DNA of 64,000 nucleotides, taken from the NCBI GenBank assembly GCA_050250665.1, contig JBFWOF010000025.1, positions 16,530-80,529 on the forward strand, in the 5' to 3' direction. A program made the translations under genes and the position numbers. The notes below the pieces were generated by a model, which had not been told where the DNA came from, ran no database searches, and saw nothing but the letters and a program-made list of their open reading frames with translations. Shown here piece by piece: positions 29,191-39,202 of the stretch (positions are counted from its first letter, which is position 1; each line of letters starts with the position of its first letter). The DNA comes from Lysobacterales bacterium. Lineage in GTDB: Bacteria; Pseudomonadota; Gammaproteobacteria; Xanthomonadales; SZUA-5.

Positions 29191-30111
29191 ATGAGCCCGA
29201 CCCTGCCGCGGGTGGTGCTGGTCACACGCCGTACGCCGCTGGAGGCCTTGCTGGACCGCTTCGGCACCCGCGGCCAGGTCGAGTTCTACCTGCGCTCGCG
29301 CGGCCAGGACCTGGGCTGGGCACAGTCCATCCATGACAAGTTGCAGGCAGCGCTGGTGGCGGTGCAGCGAGCGATTCCGCCACACCAGCGCAGCGTGCGC
29401 GTGGACCGCGATGGACTCGATCGATTCCTGTTCGCCCCCGACGATCTGGTGGTCATCGTGGGTCAGGACGGCCTGGTGCCGAATGTGGCCAAGTATCTGC
29501 GCGGCCAGCTGGTCATCGGTATCAATCCCGATCCGCAGCAATACGACGGTGTGCTCTGTCGGCATCCGGCACAGCTGGCGATGCCCCTGCTGAACTTTGC
29601 CGGTCTCTGGACCGGCGCGCCGGGGCCGGATGACGGCTTCGCCGTCGAACAGCGGGTCATGGCCCTGGCCCGGCGCGAGGACGGTCAGGAGTTGCGGGCG
29701 CTGAATGAAGTCTTCCTCGGGCATGCCAGTCACCAGTCGGCTCGCTATCGGATCCAGCTCGGCGAGCGCCACGAGCGCCATTCCTCCTCCGGCGTGATCG
29801 TGGCCACGGGTACCGGAGCCACCGGCTGGGCGCGTTCCATCGCCACCCAGCGGGCGCTGACCGAGCCGCTGCCGCAACCTGGCGATGCCCGCCTGGCCTG
29901 GTTCGTGCGCGAACCCTTTCCGAGCGTGGCCACCGGCACCGAAGTCAATTTCGGTTTTGCGGATGCCGAGGAGCCCCTGCAGCTGGAATCGGAAATGGAT
30001 GAGGCCGGTGTGATCTTCGCCGACGGCATCGAGAGCGATCGCGTCGAGTTTCTCACAGGCCAGCGCTGCAGCATCAGCCTGGCGCCGGAGCGGCTGCGGC
30101 TGGTGGTGTAG
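29191..30111 (+). CDS. NAD-kinase-fold (ATP-NAD kinase / DAG-kinase-like) protein
   Basis: DDLVVIVGQDGLV (GGDG-like motif, here GQDG), LNEVFLG, SSSGVIVATGTGATGWARS (Gly-rich motif). Confidence 0.75.
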   Translation: MSPTLPRVVLVTRRTPLEALLDRFGTRGQVEFYLRSRGQDLGWAQSIHDKLQAALVAVQRAIPPHQRSVRVDRDGLDRFLFAPDDLVVIVGQDGLVPNVAKYLRGQLVIGINPDPQQYDGVLCRHPAQLAMPLLNFAGLWTGAPGPDDGFAVEQRVMALARREDGQELRALNEVFLGHASHQSARYRIQLGERHERHSSSGVIVATGTGATGWARSIATQRALTEPLPQPGDARLAWFVREPFPSVATGTEVNFGFADAEEPLQLESEMDEAGVIFADGIESDRVEFLTGQRCSISLAPERLRLVV

Positions 30112-30119
30112 GGTTGGCG

Positions 30120-30149
30120 GGGACTCGGGACTCGGGACTCGGGACTCGG
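30120..30149. repeat. Heptanucleotide tract (GGGACTC)x4
   Basis: gggactcgggactcgggactcgggactcgg, 9 nt after the stop of the NADK-like gene. Confidence 0.85.
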
Positions 30150-30208
30150 AAAAGGCCACAGGATGGCATCTTTTTGGGTCCGCACCGGTCTGGGCCCACA
30201 AAGGCCGG

Positions 30209-30306
30209 CGTCATTGCGAGGAGCGCAGCGACGAAGCAATCCAGTGCTTCTGCGGCTGTGGCTCTGGATTGCTTCCCCCGGATCAAGTCCGGGGTCGCAA
30301 TGACGC
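30209..30306. repeat. Composite palindromic repeat (CGTCATTGCGAGG family)
   Basis: cgtcattgcgaggagcgcagcgacgaagcaatccag ... ctggattgcttcccccggatcaagtccggggtcgcaatgacgc. Confidence 0.8.
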
Positions 30307-30443
30307 TTGGGGTTCATGGCCCGTGCGCAGAGTCGGGCCGACACCGGTGGCTCGCAATGACGCCTCGATGGAAGCCTGTCCCATGTCCCTCTCTTGATGC
30401 GCTACCCGCGACAGGCGTTCACTGATGGAGCGCGCGGTCACCA

Positions 30444-32618
30444 TCACCACTCATAGCGCACGCTGGCTCCGAACTGTCGCCCCGGCTGGGTGTAGAGATC
30501 GATCTCGCGGGCGCTGGCGGGCAAGCCACGGACACCGCTCCACAGCCAGTAGCGGCGGTCGGTCAAATTGAAGGCGCCGAGGTCCAGGGTCAGGCGATCG
30601 GCGACCTGGATGCGCCAATAGGCATCGAGGGTGGCGTAGCCGGGTGTCCGGAAGGGATCTACCGTGCTGCTGTCGATACGACGCTTGGCGCTGACCGCGG
30701 TGGCCACCAGTTCCAGACGCTGGCGACCGCTGACGGTCTCGTAGCTCAGCCCCAGCGTCAGCTTGGCCGGCTCCACCGAATTCAAGGGCTCGCCCCGGAC
30801 GCTGTCCATCCCCCGCGTCCAGGACAGCGCGCCGTTCAGGGCCAGACCTTCCCAGGGCAGCGCCGATTCGCCGCGCAGTTCGACACCGTAGATGTGCGCG
30901 CGGGCGCGGTTGATCGACTGGAATATCAGCGCGCCGCTGTTCGGATCGCGGCCGAGGTTGACCCGTGAATCGATCAGATCACGGTAATGATTGTCGAAAC
31001 CGACCAACTCGAAAGAGCCGAACTCGCCGCTGCTGCGCAGTCCCAGTTCGATACCGCGCGAGTACTCCGGTTTGAGATCGGGATTGGGAATCGCGATGTA
31101 GTTGAAGGCCGGAATGGTGAACCCGATATTGACGTCGGACACCGGCGGCGCCCTGAAGCCCAGGGCGTACTGGGCAAACAACTGGCTGTGGGCGTTGAGT
31201 TCATAGCGTAGCCCCAGCTTGGGGGTGATCTGCGATTCGGCCAGGTCCACGGTGGCCAGTCCGGGATTATCCTCGGCAAAGATGGCGTCGGGTCGGGCAC
31301 TGACCCGATAGCGCTCGTAGCGCAGTCCCGGAATCAGCGCCAGAGCGCCATTGCCGGGGCGAATCTCGTCCTGCCAGAACAGCCCCAGCTCGTGGACCTG
31401 TGAAGGCGGGAAATCGCGCACCGGAAAACGTTCGCCGATGAGTACGTTACTGACCACGCCAGTCGTGAGATTGGTCTCGCGGGCGTCGCGCAGTTCGCTC
31501 AGATCGGTGCTGGCGTAGTCTATGCCATAGACCTGCCAGTGGCGGGCGCCGAGGGCGTCAAAACGGCCCTCGGCCTGCAGATCCAGATCCAGAGCATCGG
31601 TCTTGAACAGGAAACTGCGGTCGCGCAGGGTCGGCGGCGTACGCGGGGCCACCGCATCACGGGTCTGCAGCGTGCCCTGATCAGTGCGGCTGCGCTGCTG
31701 GTAGAGCGTCAGCGACAGACTGTCCAGACCGGGTGTCTGAAATCCCCACTGGCCATTCAGACTCAGGCGCTCTCGATCGAAACGATCGTCGCCGAACAGG
31801 GCGCTGGTGCTGGCGTATTGGCCGGGGCCATGTACCAGTGACTGGACATCGGTTTCGACCCGGGCGTGGCTGCGATCCAGCATCAATCCAAAGCGGCCCA
31901 TGCCGGCGCCGTCGAAGCTCAGCTTCAACAGCTCGCTGCGTTCATGACGGTCCGCCGGATTGCTCGACAAACCCCCCGGACGCGGTTGGTTCTCGCGCTC
32001 ATTGCCGGTGCGTCGGACCACGCCGGCAAGCACGTCGAAGGCGCCCGCCTTCCAGGCAGACAGGCCATTGAAGGCGACACTGCCATCGCGGCTGAGGGCA
32101 TTGGTTTCGACACGCAGGCCTATGTCCTGGCCGCTGGCGGCCAGCAACTCCTGCGGCGTCATCGTCCGCAGGCTGACCACGCCGGCCAGCGCATCGCTGC
32201 CGTACAGCGTCGAGGCCGGTCCGCGCAGCATTTCCATCCGTGACAGGAAGGCGGTTTCGATGACCCCGCGACTGGCGTTGGAGAAGCTGCCGATGGCGAA
32301 GCCGTCGGCAATCGGCACACCATCGATTTCCATGCCGACCCGATTGCCGGACAGGCCGCGGATGGCAAAACCCTGGATACCGAAGCGCGAGGCATCCTCG
32401 GGCGCACTGACCCCGGGCTCATAGCGCACCGCATCGGCCAGGTTCTGCGTCAGCGTCTGATCGAGGCGCTCGCGCTCGATCAGCGAGACGGTACCGGCCA
32501 CTTCGCGCGCCGGCTGGGCGCTGCGGCTGGCGACGCTGATGACGGCGTCCATCCTCTGCGGCTCGGCTGGCGTCAGCGCCAGCCCCAGCGCCAAAGGCAA
32601 CATCAGTGGGGTAAGCAT
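30444..32618 (-). CDS. TonB-dependent outer-membrane receptor
   Basis: Plug and barrel pattern (DTLTQNLADAVRYEPGV, GPASTLYGSDALAGVV); C-terminal ...GASVRYEW. Confidence 0.9.
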   Translation of the reverse strand: MLTPLMLPLALGLALTPAEPQRMDAVISVASRSAQPAREVAGTVSLIERERLDQTLTQNLADAVRYEPGVSAPEDASRFGIQGFAIRGLSGNRVGMEIDGVPIADGFAIGSFSNASRGVIETAFLSRMEMLRGPASTLYGSDALAGVVSLRTMTPQELLAASGQDIGLRVETNALSRDGSVAFNGLSAWKAGAFDVLAGVVRRTGNERENQPRPGGLSSNPADRHERSELLKLSFDGAGMGRFGLMLDRSHARVETDVQSLVHGPGQYASTSALFGDDRFDRERLSLNGQWGFQTPGLDSLSLTLYQQRSRTDQGTLQTRDAVAPRTPPTLRDRSFLFKTDALDLDLQAEGRFDALGARHWQVYGIDYASTDLSELRDARETNLTTGVVSNVLIGERFPVRDFPPSQVHELGLFWQDEIRPGNGALALIPGLRYERYRVSARPDAIFAEDNPGLATVDLAESQITPKLGLRYELNAHSQLFAQYALGFRAPPVSDVNIGFTIPAFNYIAIPNPDLKPEYSRGIELGLRSSGEFGSFELVGFDNHYRDLIDSRVNLGRDPNSGALIFQSINRARAHIYGVELRGESALPWEGLALNGALSWTRGMDSVRGEPLNSVEPAKLTLGLSYETVSGRQRLELVATAVSAKRRIDSSTVDPFRTPGYATLDAYWRIQVADRLTLDLGAFNLTDRRYWLWSGVRGLPASAREIDLYTQPGRQFGASVRYEW

Positions 32619-32699
32619 GGCAAAGGTCCTTCAGTAGTCTGGATACAGACTCCAGCCTGAAGGCCTCCGGGCGCGATGATCCGGATCAATTGCGCGTGT

Positions 32700-33644
32700 T
32701 TATCTGCGGCCGACTTGATCGGCGTCAATCGGTCTGGCCGGACTCGTCAGCACGCCAATGCCGGCCAGCACCACCGCAGTGCCGATCAGCTGGATCAGGC
32801 TGATGCGCTCGCCCAGGATCCAGTGGCCGAGGAACAGCAGCGAGACCGGGCCCAGCATCGACAATTGCGAGCTGCGGCCGGCGCCGATGCGGGCGATCGC
32901 GAACATGGTCAGGAACACCGGCGCCACCGTGCACATCAGCGCGTTCAGCAGCGACAGCTGCAGCACCGGCAGCGGTTGCCGCAGCGTGGCCAGATCGTGC
33001 ACCAGCGCGTAGTGAATGCCGCAGAGCAGGGTCGACACCAGCATCACATAGGACACCAGCCGCAGACTGCCGACGCGGGCGACCAGCTCCCCTGACTGCA
33101 GCAGATAGGTGGCATAGGCCAGCGCCGCCGCGAACACCAGCGCACTGCCGAACAGCACATTGCCGCCATCGAAGCGCAGATGTTCGACGAACACCAGCAA
33201 CACGCCCGCGTAGCTGACCAGCAAGGCCCAGCGTTGACGCAGCGGTACCGGCCGGCGGTAGATCAGCACGCCCAGACCCAGCACCAGCGTGGGTGTCAGG
33301 AACAGGATCAGCCGCTCCAGCGCCGCCGCGATGTGCTGCAGCCCCCAGAAATCCAGGTAGCTCGACACGTAGTAGCCGAGAAAGCCGAGCAGCGCGATCT
33401 GGCGCCAGTCGGCGCCACTCAAATGCGAGCCGCGTACCCGCGCCCGCCAGGTTTCGAAGGCCGCCACCAGCACGAACACCGGCGCCGCCATCCCCAGGCG
33501 CAGCGTCATCAGCGTGATTGGATCAATGGAATAGCGATACAGCAGCTTGGCCAGGATCGCCTTCGCCGAAAACAGGATCGCCGCCAGCGCGGCCAGGGCG
33601 TAGCCGCCGAGCTCGATGCGCCTTTCGCTGTGCGGGCTGATCAT
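32700..33644 (-). CDS. EamA/DMT family transporter
   Basis: About ten hydrophobic segments. Start taken at the internal MISPHSERRIELGGYALAALAAILF. Confidence 0.85.
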   Translation of the reverse strand: MISPHSERRIELGGYALAALAAILFSAKAILAKLLYRYSIDPITLMTLRLGMAAPVFVLVAAFETWRARVRGSHLSGADWRQIALLGFLGYYVSSYLDFWGLQHIAAALERLILFLTPTLVLGLGVLIYRRPVPLRQRWALLVSYAGVLLVFVEHLRFDGGNVLFGSALVFAAALAYATYLLQSGELVARVGSLRLVSYVMLVSTLLCGIHYALVHDLATLRQPLPVLQLSLLNALMCTVAPVFLTMFAIARIGAGRSSQLSMLGPVSLLFLGHWILGERISLIQLIGTAVVLAGIGVLTSPARPIDADQVGRR

Positions 33645-33810
33645 GACGCCGACGCTACTCCAGGGGTTGCACCGACCGCAGGCCGTTGCCCGGGCGCCCG
33701 ATGATGCCCGCAGCCACGGCTTCGCGCTGCACTGCAACAGGTCAACGACTGGAACCGCGATGCGTTCCTGTCTTATGTTGTCACCACGTCACTCCAAGGA
33801 GAAAGCCCAC

Positions 33811-34062
33811 ATGGCCAACACTGCCCGCACCCTGACCATCGCCCTTGCCGCCGCCAGCGCCGGATTGCTCGGCGGACTGTCGTTCTCGGTGGCCGCCGAT
33901 CAGCCGCTGATGCAGTCGGCCCTGTCCCATCTGGAATCGGCCGAGCGCGATCTGGAAAAGGCCACGCCCGACAAGGGCGGACACCGCGCCGAAGCCCTGC
34001 GCCTGGTGCGCGCGGCCCAGAAGGAAGTGCGCCAGGGCATCAAGTTCGATCGCAGGCATTGA
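33811..34062 (+). CDS. Small secreted protein of unknown function (83 aa)
   Basis: AAGGAGAAA upstream of the ATG at 33811; signal peptide MANTARTLTIALAAASAGLLGGLSFSVAA. Confidence 0.6.
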   Translation: MANTARTLTIALAAASAGLLGGLSFSVAADQPLMQSALSHLESAERDLEKATPDKGGHRAEALRLVRAAQKEVRQGIKFDRRH

Positions 34063-34122
34063 TCGCTGCGCCGGATGGCGCGGCGGCAGCGGGCAGAGGG
34101 ATAGGCTACGGGGAATCGGGCT

Positions 34123-34197
34123 GTTGTGGGTCCAGACTGGTCTGGACGCTTTCCCGTCACCGTGCCAAGAGCGTCCAGACCAGTCTGGACCCACAAG
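34123..34197. repeat. REP-like pair (GT[AG]GGTCCAGAC..GTCTGGAC family)
   Basis: ttgtgggtccagactggtctggacgc ... gcgtccagaccagtctggacccacaag; relatives at 15790, 21089, 35792, 44371, 52137 and 63075. Confidence 0.8.
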
Positions 34198-34219
34198 AAC
34201 GTGAAGCCTGTAGCCTTTT

Positions 34220-34317
34220 CCGTGCCCCGTGCCCCGTGCCCCGTGCCCCGTGCCCCGTGCCCCGTGCCCCGTGCCCCGTGCCCCGTGCCCCGTGCCCCGT
34301 GCCCCGTGCCCCGTGCC
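34220..34317. repeat. Perfect heptanucleotide microsatellite (CCGTGCC)x14
   Basis: 14 uninterrupted units. The complement is (GGCACGG)n, which reads GGGGCAC repeated. It starts 8 nt downstream of the exonuclease stop codon on that gene's sense strand. Confidence 0.95.
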
Positions 34318-34325
34318 GCTGCTGC

Positions 34326-34880
34326 TCAGCGCTCCAGATTGGCCCGCAGCATGTTGCAGAACAGCGCGCCCTGGGCGATGGCGTCATCGAGCGCCACATG
34401 GGTGTGCGGCAGCGGATCGAACCATTCGCGCGGCATCTGCGCCTTGCTGCTGTCGCGATAGGGCCGTTTGAGCATGGCCATGGCGTAGGTCTTGATGTCG
34501 AGCCCGGAATGGCTGAAGGGGCTGCGCCCGGTGAAGCGGATCAGATACCAGTAGACGAACAGGAAATCGAAAGTCACCGGGTAGCCGACGAAAACCGGCT
34601 TGCCTGGCAGCGATTCGATCCAGGCCAGGTAGGCCGGCAACGCCGTCTCCGGTGGCTGCAGATCGCTACGGCAAGCCGTCCACGCCTGTGGCTGCGATTG
34701 CCACCAGGCCATGGTGTCCGGATGGCCGCTGGCCCCGGGCAGGGTTTGCAGGTTGACACTGAAGCTGCCGAGCAGCTGCTTGTCGGCGGTGTAGGCGGCG
34801 GAACCCAGACTCAACATCGAGTGCGGTCCGGGTATCGGGCCATCGGTTTCGACATCGGTGCTGATATAGATCTCGGGCAT
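34326..34880 (-). CDS. DEDD-type 3'-5' exonuclease domain protein
   Basis: [18 protein letters not shown] (Exo I), ...[11 protein letters not shown]..., [11 protein letters not shown] (Exo III, DEDDh type). Confidence 0.8.
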   Translation of the reverse strand: MPEIYISTDVETDGPIPGPHSMLSLGSAAYTADKQLLGSFSVNLQTLPGASGHPDTMAWWQSQPQAWTACRSDLQPPETALPAYLAWIESLPGKPVFVGYPVTFDFLFVYWYLIRFTGRSPFSHSGLDIKTYAMAMLKRPYRDSSKAQMPREWFDPLPHTHVALDDAIAQGALFCNMLRANLER

Positions 34881-35202
34881 GGTCAAGTCGCCGATTGGGG
34901 ATGTGCTGCCGGTGGGAGCGGACTTTGTCCGCGACGGCCTGAGCAAGGCGCCGGGCGCCTCGACAGTGTGGATTGTGGCTCAATCAAGGCCTGCTGACGC
35001 AAAGGACCCGGCCTTCTCGAACCGGTGCACGCCGTCGTGCGTAGCCCGTTGTGCCGCGCAGCGGCTCAGCGGGGCGCTGTCGCGTCACCGCCCGGAGAGC
35101 GCTGCGCGCACTTCGGGCTACAAAAGCCGCTTTGCGCCAGCTTCACGAATCCACCGCGGCGCTAGCAACGACGCAATCATGAGAGCATCTCCCGTGACCC
35201 TT

Positions 35203-35232
35203 CCAACAACCAACAACCAACAACCGACAACC
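35203..35232. repeat. Heptanucleotide tract (complement of GGTTGTY) x about 4
   Basis: ccaacaaccaacaaccaacaaccgacaacc, ending 3 nt before the ATG at 35236. Confidence 0.8.
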
Positions 35233-35235
35233 AGA

Positions 35236-35655
35236 ATGCTCCCCGCCGCGCTCGCCTACTTCGCCATTGTCTTCGCCGTCGGCTTCGCCTGCGGCCCGAT
35301 CCGGGTCATGTGGCTGGAGCCCAACTTCGGCGCCACCACTGCGGTGCTGATGGAAATGCCGATCCTGCTGATGGCCATGATGTTTGCCGCGCGCTTCGTG
35401 CCGCGACGTCTGGCGCTGCCGGCGACGGTGGCCATGCATCTGGGCATGGGCCTGATCGCCCTGGGTCTGGTGTTGATTGCGGACCTCGGCGTTGGCCTGT
35501 GGGTGCGCGGCCAGTCGCTGGCCGAGATCGGTGCCTATTTCCTGAGCACGCCCGGACGCATCTACAGTGTCAGCCTGCTGCTGTTCGGGTTGATGCCGGT
35601 GCTGGTGAATCGGCGCGGGCGTCGGAAAGGCGTGGTCGCTCCGAAGAGGCCTTGA
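35236..35655 (+). CDS. Small integral membrane protein of unknown function
   Basis: MLPAALAYFAIVFAVGFACG plus three more hydrophobic segments. No clear SD. An in-frame alternative ATG lies at 35179. Confidence 0.55.
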   Translation: MLPAALAYFAIVFAVGFACGPIRVMWLEPNFGATTAVLMEMPILLMAMMFAARFVPRRLALPATVAMHLGMGLIALGLVLIADLGVGLWVRGQSLAEIGAYFLSTPGRIYSVSLLLFGLMPVLVNRRGRRKGVVAPKRP

Positions 35656-35791
35656 GGAGGGACGCGCGCTGCGCGGCCGCTCTTGATCGGTAGCAAGCGC
35701 CGAAGCGAATCAATGCTCCCGGACGCGTGCCTCTGGATTGCTTCCCCCGGATCAAGTCCGGGGTCGCAATGACGCCGGTTCCGGTTCTTGA

Positions 35792-35856
35792 AGGTCCAGA
35801 CTTGTCTGGACGCTCCTGGTCAGGTGGAGAAGCGTCCAGACAAGTCTGGACCTACA
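35792..35856. repeat. REP-like pair (GTCCAGAC family)
   Basis: aggtccagacttgtctggacgc ... gcgtccagacaagtctggacctac. Confidence 0.8.
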
Positions 35857-35988
35857 ACAGCGCAGAAGCCCGGTCTCATGCATTTTCACAGCGTCAGCTC
35901 GGAACGGGGCCCGCTCTGATTGACGTTTTACCTTTGACGTTTTACCGCGCCCCCCGCATCACGGAATCTGCTGCGCGGCCAAACTGAC

Positions 35989-36693
35989 CTACCGCGCCTC
36001 CAGATACGCCTCCAATCCCACCAGATCCGCCGGTAGCGGCGCCTCCACGCGCTGAGTGGGTATCTCCAGCACGGCCGGAATCTCGACTGCGCAGGCGTGC
36101 AGTGCCAGGCGGCGCAGGGGCAGCTGGTCGAAGGGTGGCTTCAGGGTCGCCATGCCGTACAGCGCGTCCTGCAGGATCGGACAATCGCGGCTGCGCAGAT
36201 GCACCCGGATCTGATGCTGGCGCCCGGTGCGGGGTTGGCAGCGCAGGCGGGCAATCCAGGCGTGATCGACACGCCAGCGCTGCTCCAGCGTGAAGTCGGT
36301 GCGGGCCTGGATGGCGCCAGCCTCGCCCTTGGCAGCCGGGCGCATCTTGCCCTTGCGGGCAGTGTGCAGCGGCACCTCGATACGGCCCTTCTCCGGGTCG
36401 GGCACGCCCAGCGTCCAGGCCAGATAGCTCTTGCCGACCTGACCGTGCTGGAAGGCCAGATTCAGGGCCCGATGGGCATCGGCGTCGCGGGCGAAGATCA
36501 TCACGCCGCTGGTGTCGCGGTCCAGCCGGTGCACCACCCACAGCGGGCAGCCGAGCTGGGTCTGCAACAGATGCCGCAAGGATTGCCCGGGTTCTTCATC
36601 GCGGGCCGGAATGGCGGCGATGCCGGGCGGCTTGTTCACCACCAGCCAGCGGGCGTTGTCGGCCAGCAGCGGCAGTCGCTGATCAGCGTCCAT
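35989..36693 (-). CDS. RluA-family pseudouridine synthase
   Basis: [18 protein letters not shown] catalytic motif. Confidence 0.9.
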   Translation of the reverse strand: MDADQRLPLLADNARWLVVNKPPGIAAIPARDEEPGQSLRHLLQTQLGCPLWVVHRLDRDTSGVMIFARDADAHRALNLAFQHGQVGKSYLAWTLGVPDPEKGRIEVPLHTARKGKMRPAAKGEAGAIQARTDFTLEQRWRVDHAWIARLRCQPRTGRQHQIRVHLRSRDCPILQDALYGMATLKPPFDQLPLRRLALHACAVEIPAVLEIPTQRVEAPLPADLVGLEAYLEAR

Positions 36694-37603
36694 CGGAGAG
36701 CTCGGTCAGCCAGTCACGCGGCCGCAGATAGTCGTTCAAGCGCGCTTCCGCGCTGCCTTCGGGCGGCTGGTAGCCATACTCGAAGCGCACTTCCGGTGGC
36801 AGCGACATCAGGATCGACTCGGTGCGCCCACCGGATTGCAGACCGAACAGCGTGCCGCGATCCCAGACCAGGTTGAATTCGACGTAGCGCCCGCGCCGGT
36901 AGCGTTGGAAATCGCGCTCGCGCTGGCCGTAGGGGGTGTCCTTGCGGCGTTCGACCAGCGGCAGATAGGCCTTCTCGAAGCCGCGGCCGACGGCCCGCAT
37001 CAGTTCGAAACAGGGCTCGAAACCGGGCTCGGACAGATCGTCGTAGAACAGGCCGCCGACGCCACGGGTCTCGCCGCGGTGCTTGAGATAGAAATAGTCG
37101 TCGCACCAGCGTTTGTAGCGCGGATACAGATCCTTGCCAAAGGGATCGCAGACAGAGCGTGCCACCTCATGCCAATGGCGCACGTCCTCATCAAAAGGAT
37201 AGTAGGGCGTGAGGTCGAAGCCGCCGCCGAACCACCACACCGGATCGGGTCCGGTGGTGCTGAACAGGCGCACGTTCAGATGCGTGGTTGGCACATAGGG
37301 ATTGCGTGGGTGGAACACCAGCGACACCCCCATCGCATGAAAGCCGCGGCCGGCCAGCTCCGGTCGATGGGCGGTGGCACTGGCCGGCATGCGCGCGCCC
37401 TGGACGTCGGAGAAGCCGATGCCGGCCTGTTCGAACACCGCGCCGCCCTTGAGCACGCGCGTGCGTCCGCCACCGCCTTCGGCACGCTGCCAGCTGTCCT
37501 CGGCAAAGCGAGCGGTCGGTTCCAGGGCCTCGACCGAAGCGCAGATCTGATCCTGCAGGCCAAGGAGGTAGGCACGTACGCGTTCGATATCCATGCTTTG
37601 CAT
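36683..37603 (-). CDS. hemF: Oxygen-dependent coproporphyrinogen III oxidase
   Basis: Internal start [20 protein letters not shown]; [15 protein letters not shown] motif. The listed 420-aa ORF carries a spurious N-terminal extension. Confidence 0.92.
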   Translation of the reverse strand: MQSMDIERVRAYLLGLQDQICASVEALEPTARFAEDSWQRAEGGGGRTRVLKGGAVFEQAGIGFSDVQGARMPASATAHRPELAGRGFHAMGVSLVFHPRNPYVPTTHLNVRLFSTTGPDPVWWFGGGFDLTPYYPFDEDVRHWHEVARSVCDPFGKDLYPRYKRWCDDYFYLKHRGETRGVGGLFYDDLSEPGFEPCFELMRAVGRGFEKAYLPLVERRKDTPYGQRERDFQRYRRGRYVEFNLVWDRGTLFGLQSGGRTESILMSLPPEVRFEYGYQPPEGSAEARLNDYLRPRDWLTELSDGR

Positions 37604-37660
37604 CGGGCTGAACTGGGGCTGCGTATGATAGGCCGCTCGACTGCAAAGCCACCGAAGCGC

Positions 37661-38617
37661 ATGACCGAATCCCGCAAAGCCCATCCTCGCTGGTTGGTGG
37701 ACATGGCACCCGAGCCCATGAAGGACGCCTTCGCGGCCTGGCATCTGGGCGTTCGTGGTGGCGGCGCGTCCAGTTTCGAGCTGCCGATGCCGGCCTTGCA
37801 CAGCGTCTGCGAGTCCTGGCACAGCAAGGGGCGATTGCGAGGTGGACAGATCGGCGCCGCCCATTTCGCCGGTGACGATGATCTGATGCTGGGCGAACTG
37901 GTGCTGTCCGAACGTGATTTCGGCGGCATCGGAACCACGGCCCATGAGGCCTACCGACGCCTGCTCGACTATGTGCAGGGATCCGGCTTCCCCTATGTAT
38001 TGAGAGTGTGGAGCTATTTCTCGCGGATCAACGAAGGTCAGGGCGACAACGAGCGCTATCGGCAGTTCTGCGTCGGTCGCCAGCTGGCGCTGGAGCGCGC
38101 GCGCTTCGAGGCCGACCCGGCAGCGACCGTGATCGGACTGCCCGATCGCTCATCGCATCTACGCCTGCTGTGGCTGGCTTCCAAGACGCCCGGACAGATG
38201 ATCGACAATCCGCGACAGACGCTGCCGCGCAACTACCCGCCCGAATACGGTCCGGAACCGCCGCGGTTTTCGCGCGGGGCCCTGTGGCAAAGCCAACGCG
38301 GCGGCGTGCTGCTGATCTCCGGCACCGCCAGCGTGGTCGGACACAGCTCGCGCCACATCGGTCGACTGGACAAGCAGCTGGAAGAAACCAAGCGCAATCT
38401 GGACAGCCTGCTGGAGGTCGCCAACAGCACCTGGGACACCGCCAGCCACTTCGGCTCCGGCACCGTGCTGCGCGCCTACGTGCGCGAGGAAGAGCACTTC
38501 TTCGAGACCGAGCAGTTCCTGCGCGAGAATTTCCCCGGCGCCGCCTTTGCCGTGCTCCAGGGCGAGGTCTGCCGCAGCGATCTGCTGTGCGAGATCGAGG
38601 GCGTGCATCACTTCTAG
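37661..38617 (+). CDS. Chorismatase of the FkbO/Hyg5 (XanB2-like) family
   Basis: [33 protein letters not shown] and a C-terminal RidA-like region. Start uncertain (37661, 37703 or 37718). Confidence 0.75.
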   Translation: MTESRKAHPRWLVDMAPEPMKDAFAAWHLGVRGGGASSFELPMPALHSVCESWHSKGRLRGGQIGAAHFAGDDDLMLGELVLSERDFGGIGTTAHEAYRRLLDYVQGSGFPYVLRVWSYFSRINEGQGDNERYRQFCVGRQLALERARFEADPAATVIGLPDRSSHLRLLWLASKTPGQMIDNPRQTLPRNYPPEYGPEPPRFSRGALWQSQRGGVLLISGTASVVGHSSRHIGRLDKQLEETKRNLDSLLEVANSTWDTASHFGSGTVLRAYVREEEHFFETEQFLRENFPGAAFAVLQGEVCRSDLLCEIEGVHHF

Positions 38618-38779
38618 CTGCATTACCCCGGATGGCAGCGACCGCGCGGCAGCGGGCGCACTGGACCGCGGATCGGTTCAGGGGCAAGGGGCAGGGGACC
38701 CACCCTGGCGCAGGTTCAGGTCAAGCTGCGTCATTGCGAGCCACCTGTATCGGCCCGATGCTGCCCGTGGGCCATGAAT

Positions 38780-38854
38780 TGTAGGTTGGGCTAAGCCCAG
38801 CGTGCCCAACACCAGCGTCCATTGTCGGGCACGCTGCGCTTAGCCCAACCTACA
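38780..38854. repeat. REP-like palindrome (GTAGGTTGGGCTAAGCCC family)
   Basis: tgtaggttgggctaagcccagcgtgcccaac ... gggcacgctgcgcttagcccaacctaca. Confidence 0.8.
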
Positions 38855-39202
38855 TCAACTGTCTCGGCCGGACACATGAACGACCTTGCTGGATCAGAGC
38901 GGCTTCGAGGAGGGACGCGCGTCTGCGCGGCCGCTCTTGATCTTGAGGCCAGGCAAAGCGGCGCCGCAGCGCGGCGCCCTCCACAGCCGCGGCACATTCG
39001 CAGCATTGGGCAAGAACATCCGCATGCGATATGGGTTCATGGAGAGGAACGCAGTGACGCAATAACAAGGTACGACGTCAGAGGAGGACGGATTCCTTTC
39101 CTTCGCGCCTTTTGCGTCCTTTGCCGATGGTGCCTATCTTCTTGAGCTTCGTCGGGCCGCAACCGCCGACGAGTCTCCCCACCAAGCAAGGCCAAGCCCA
39201 CC

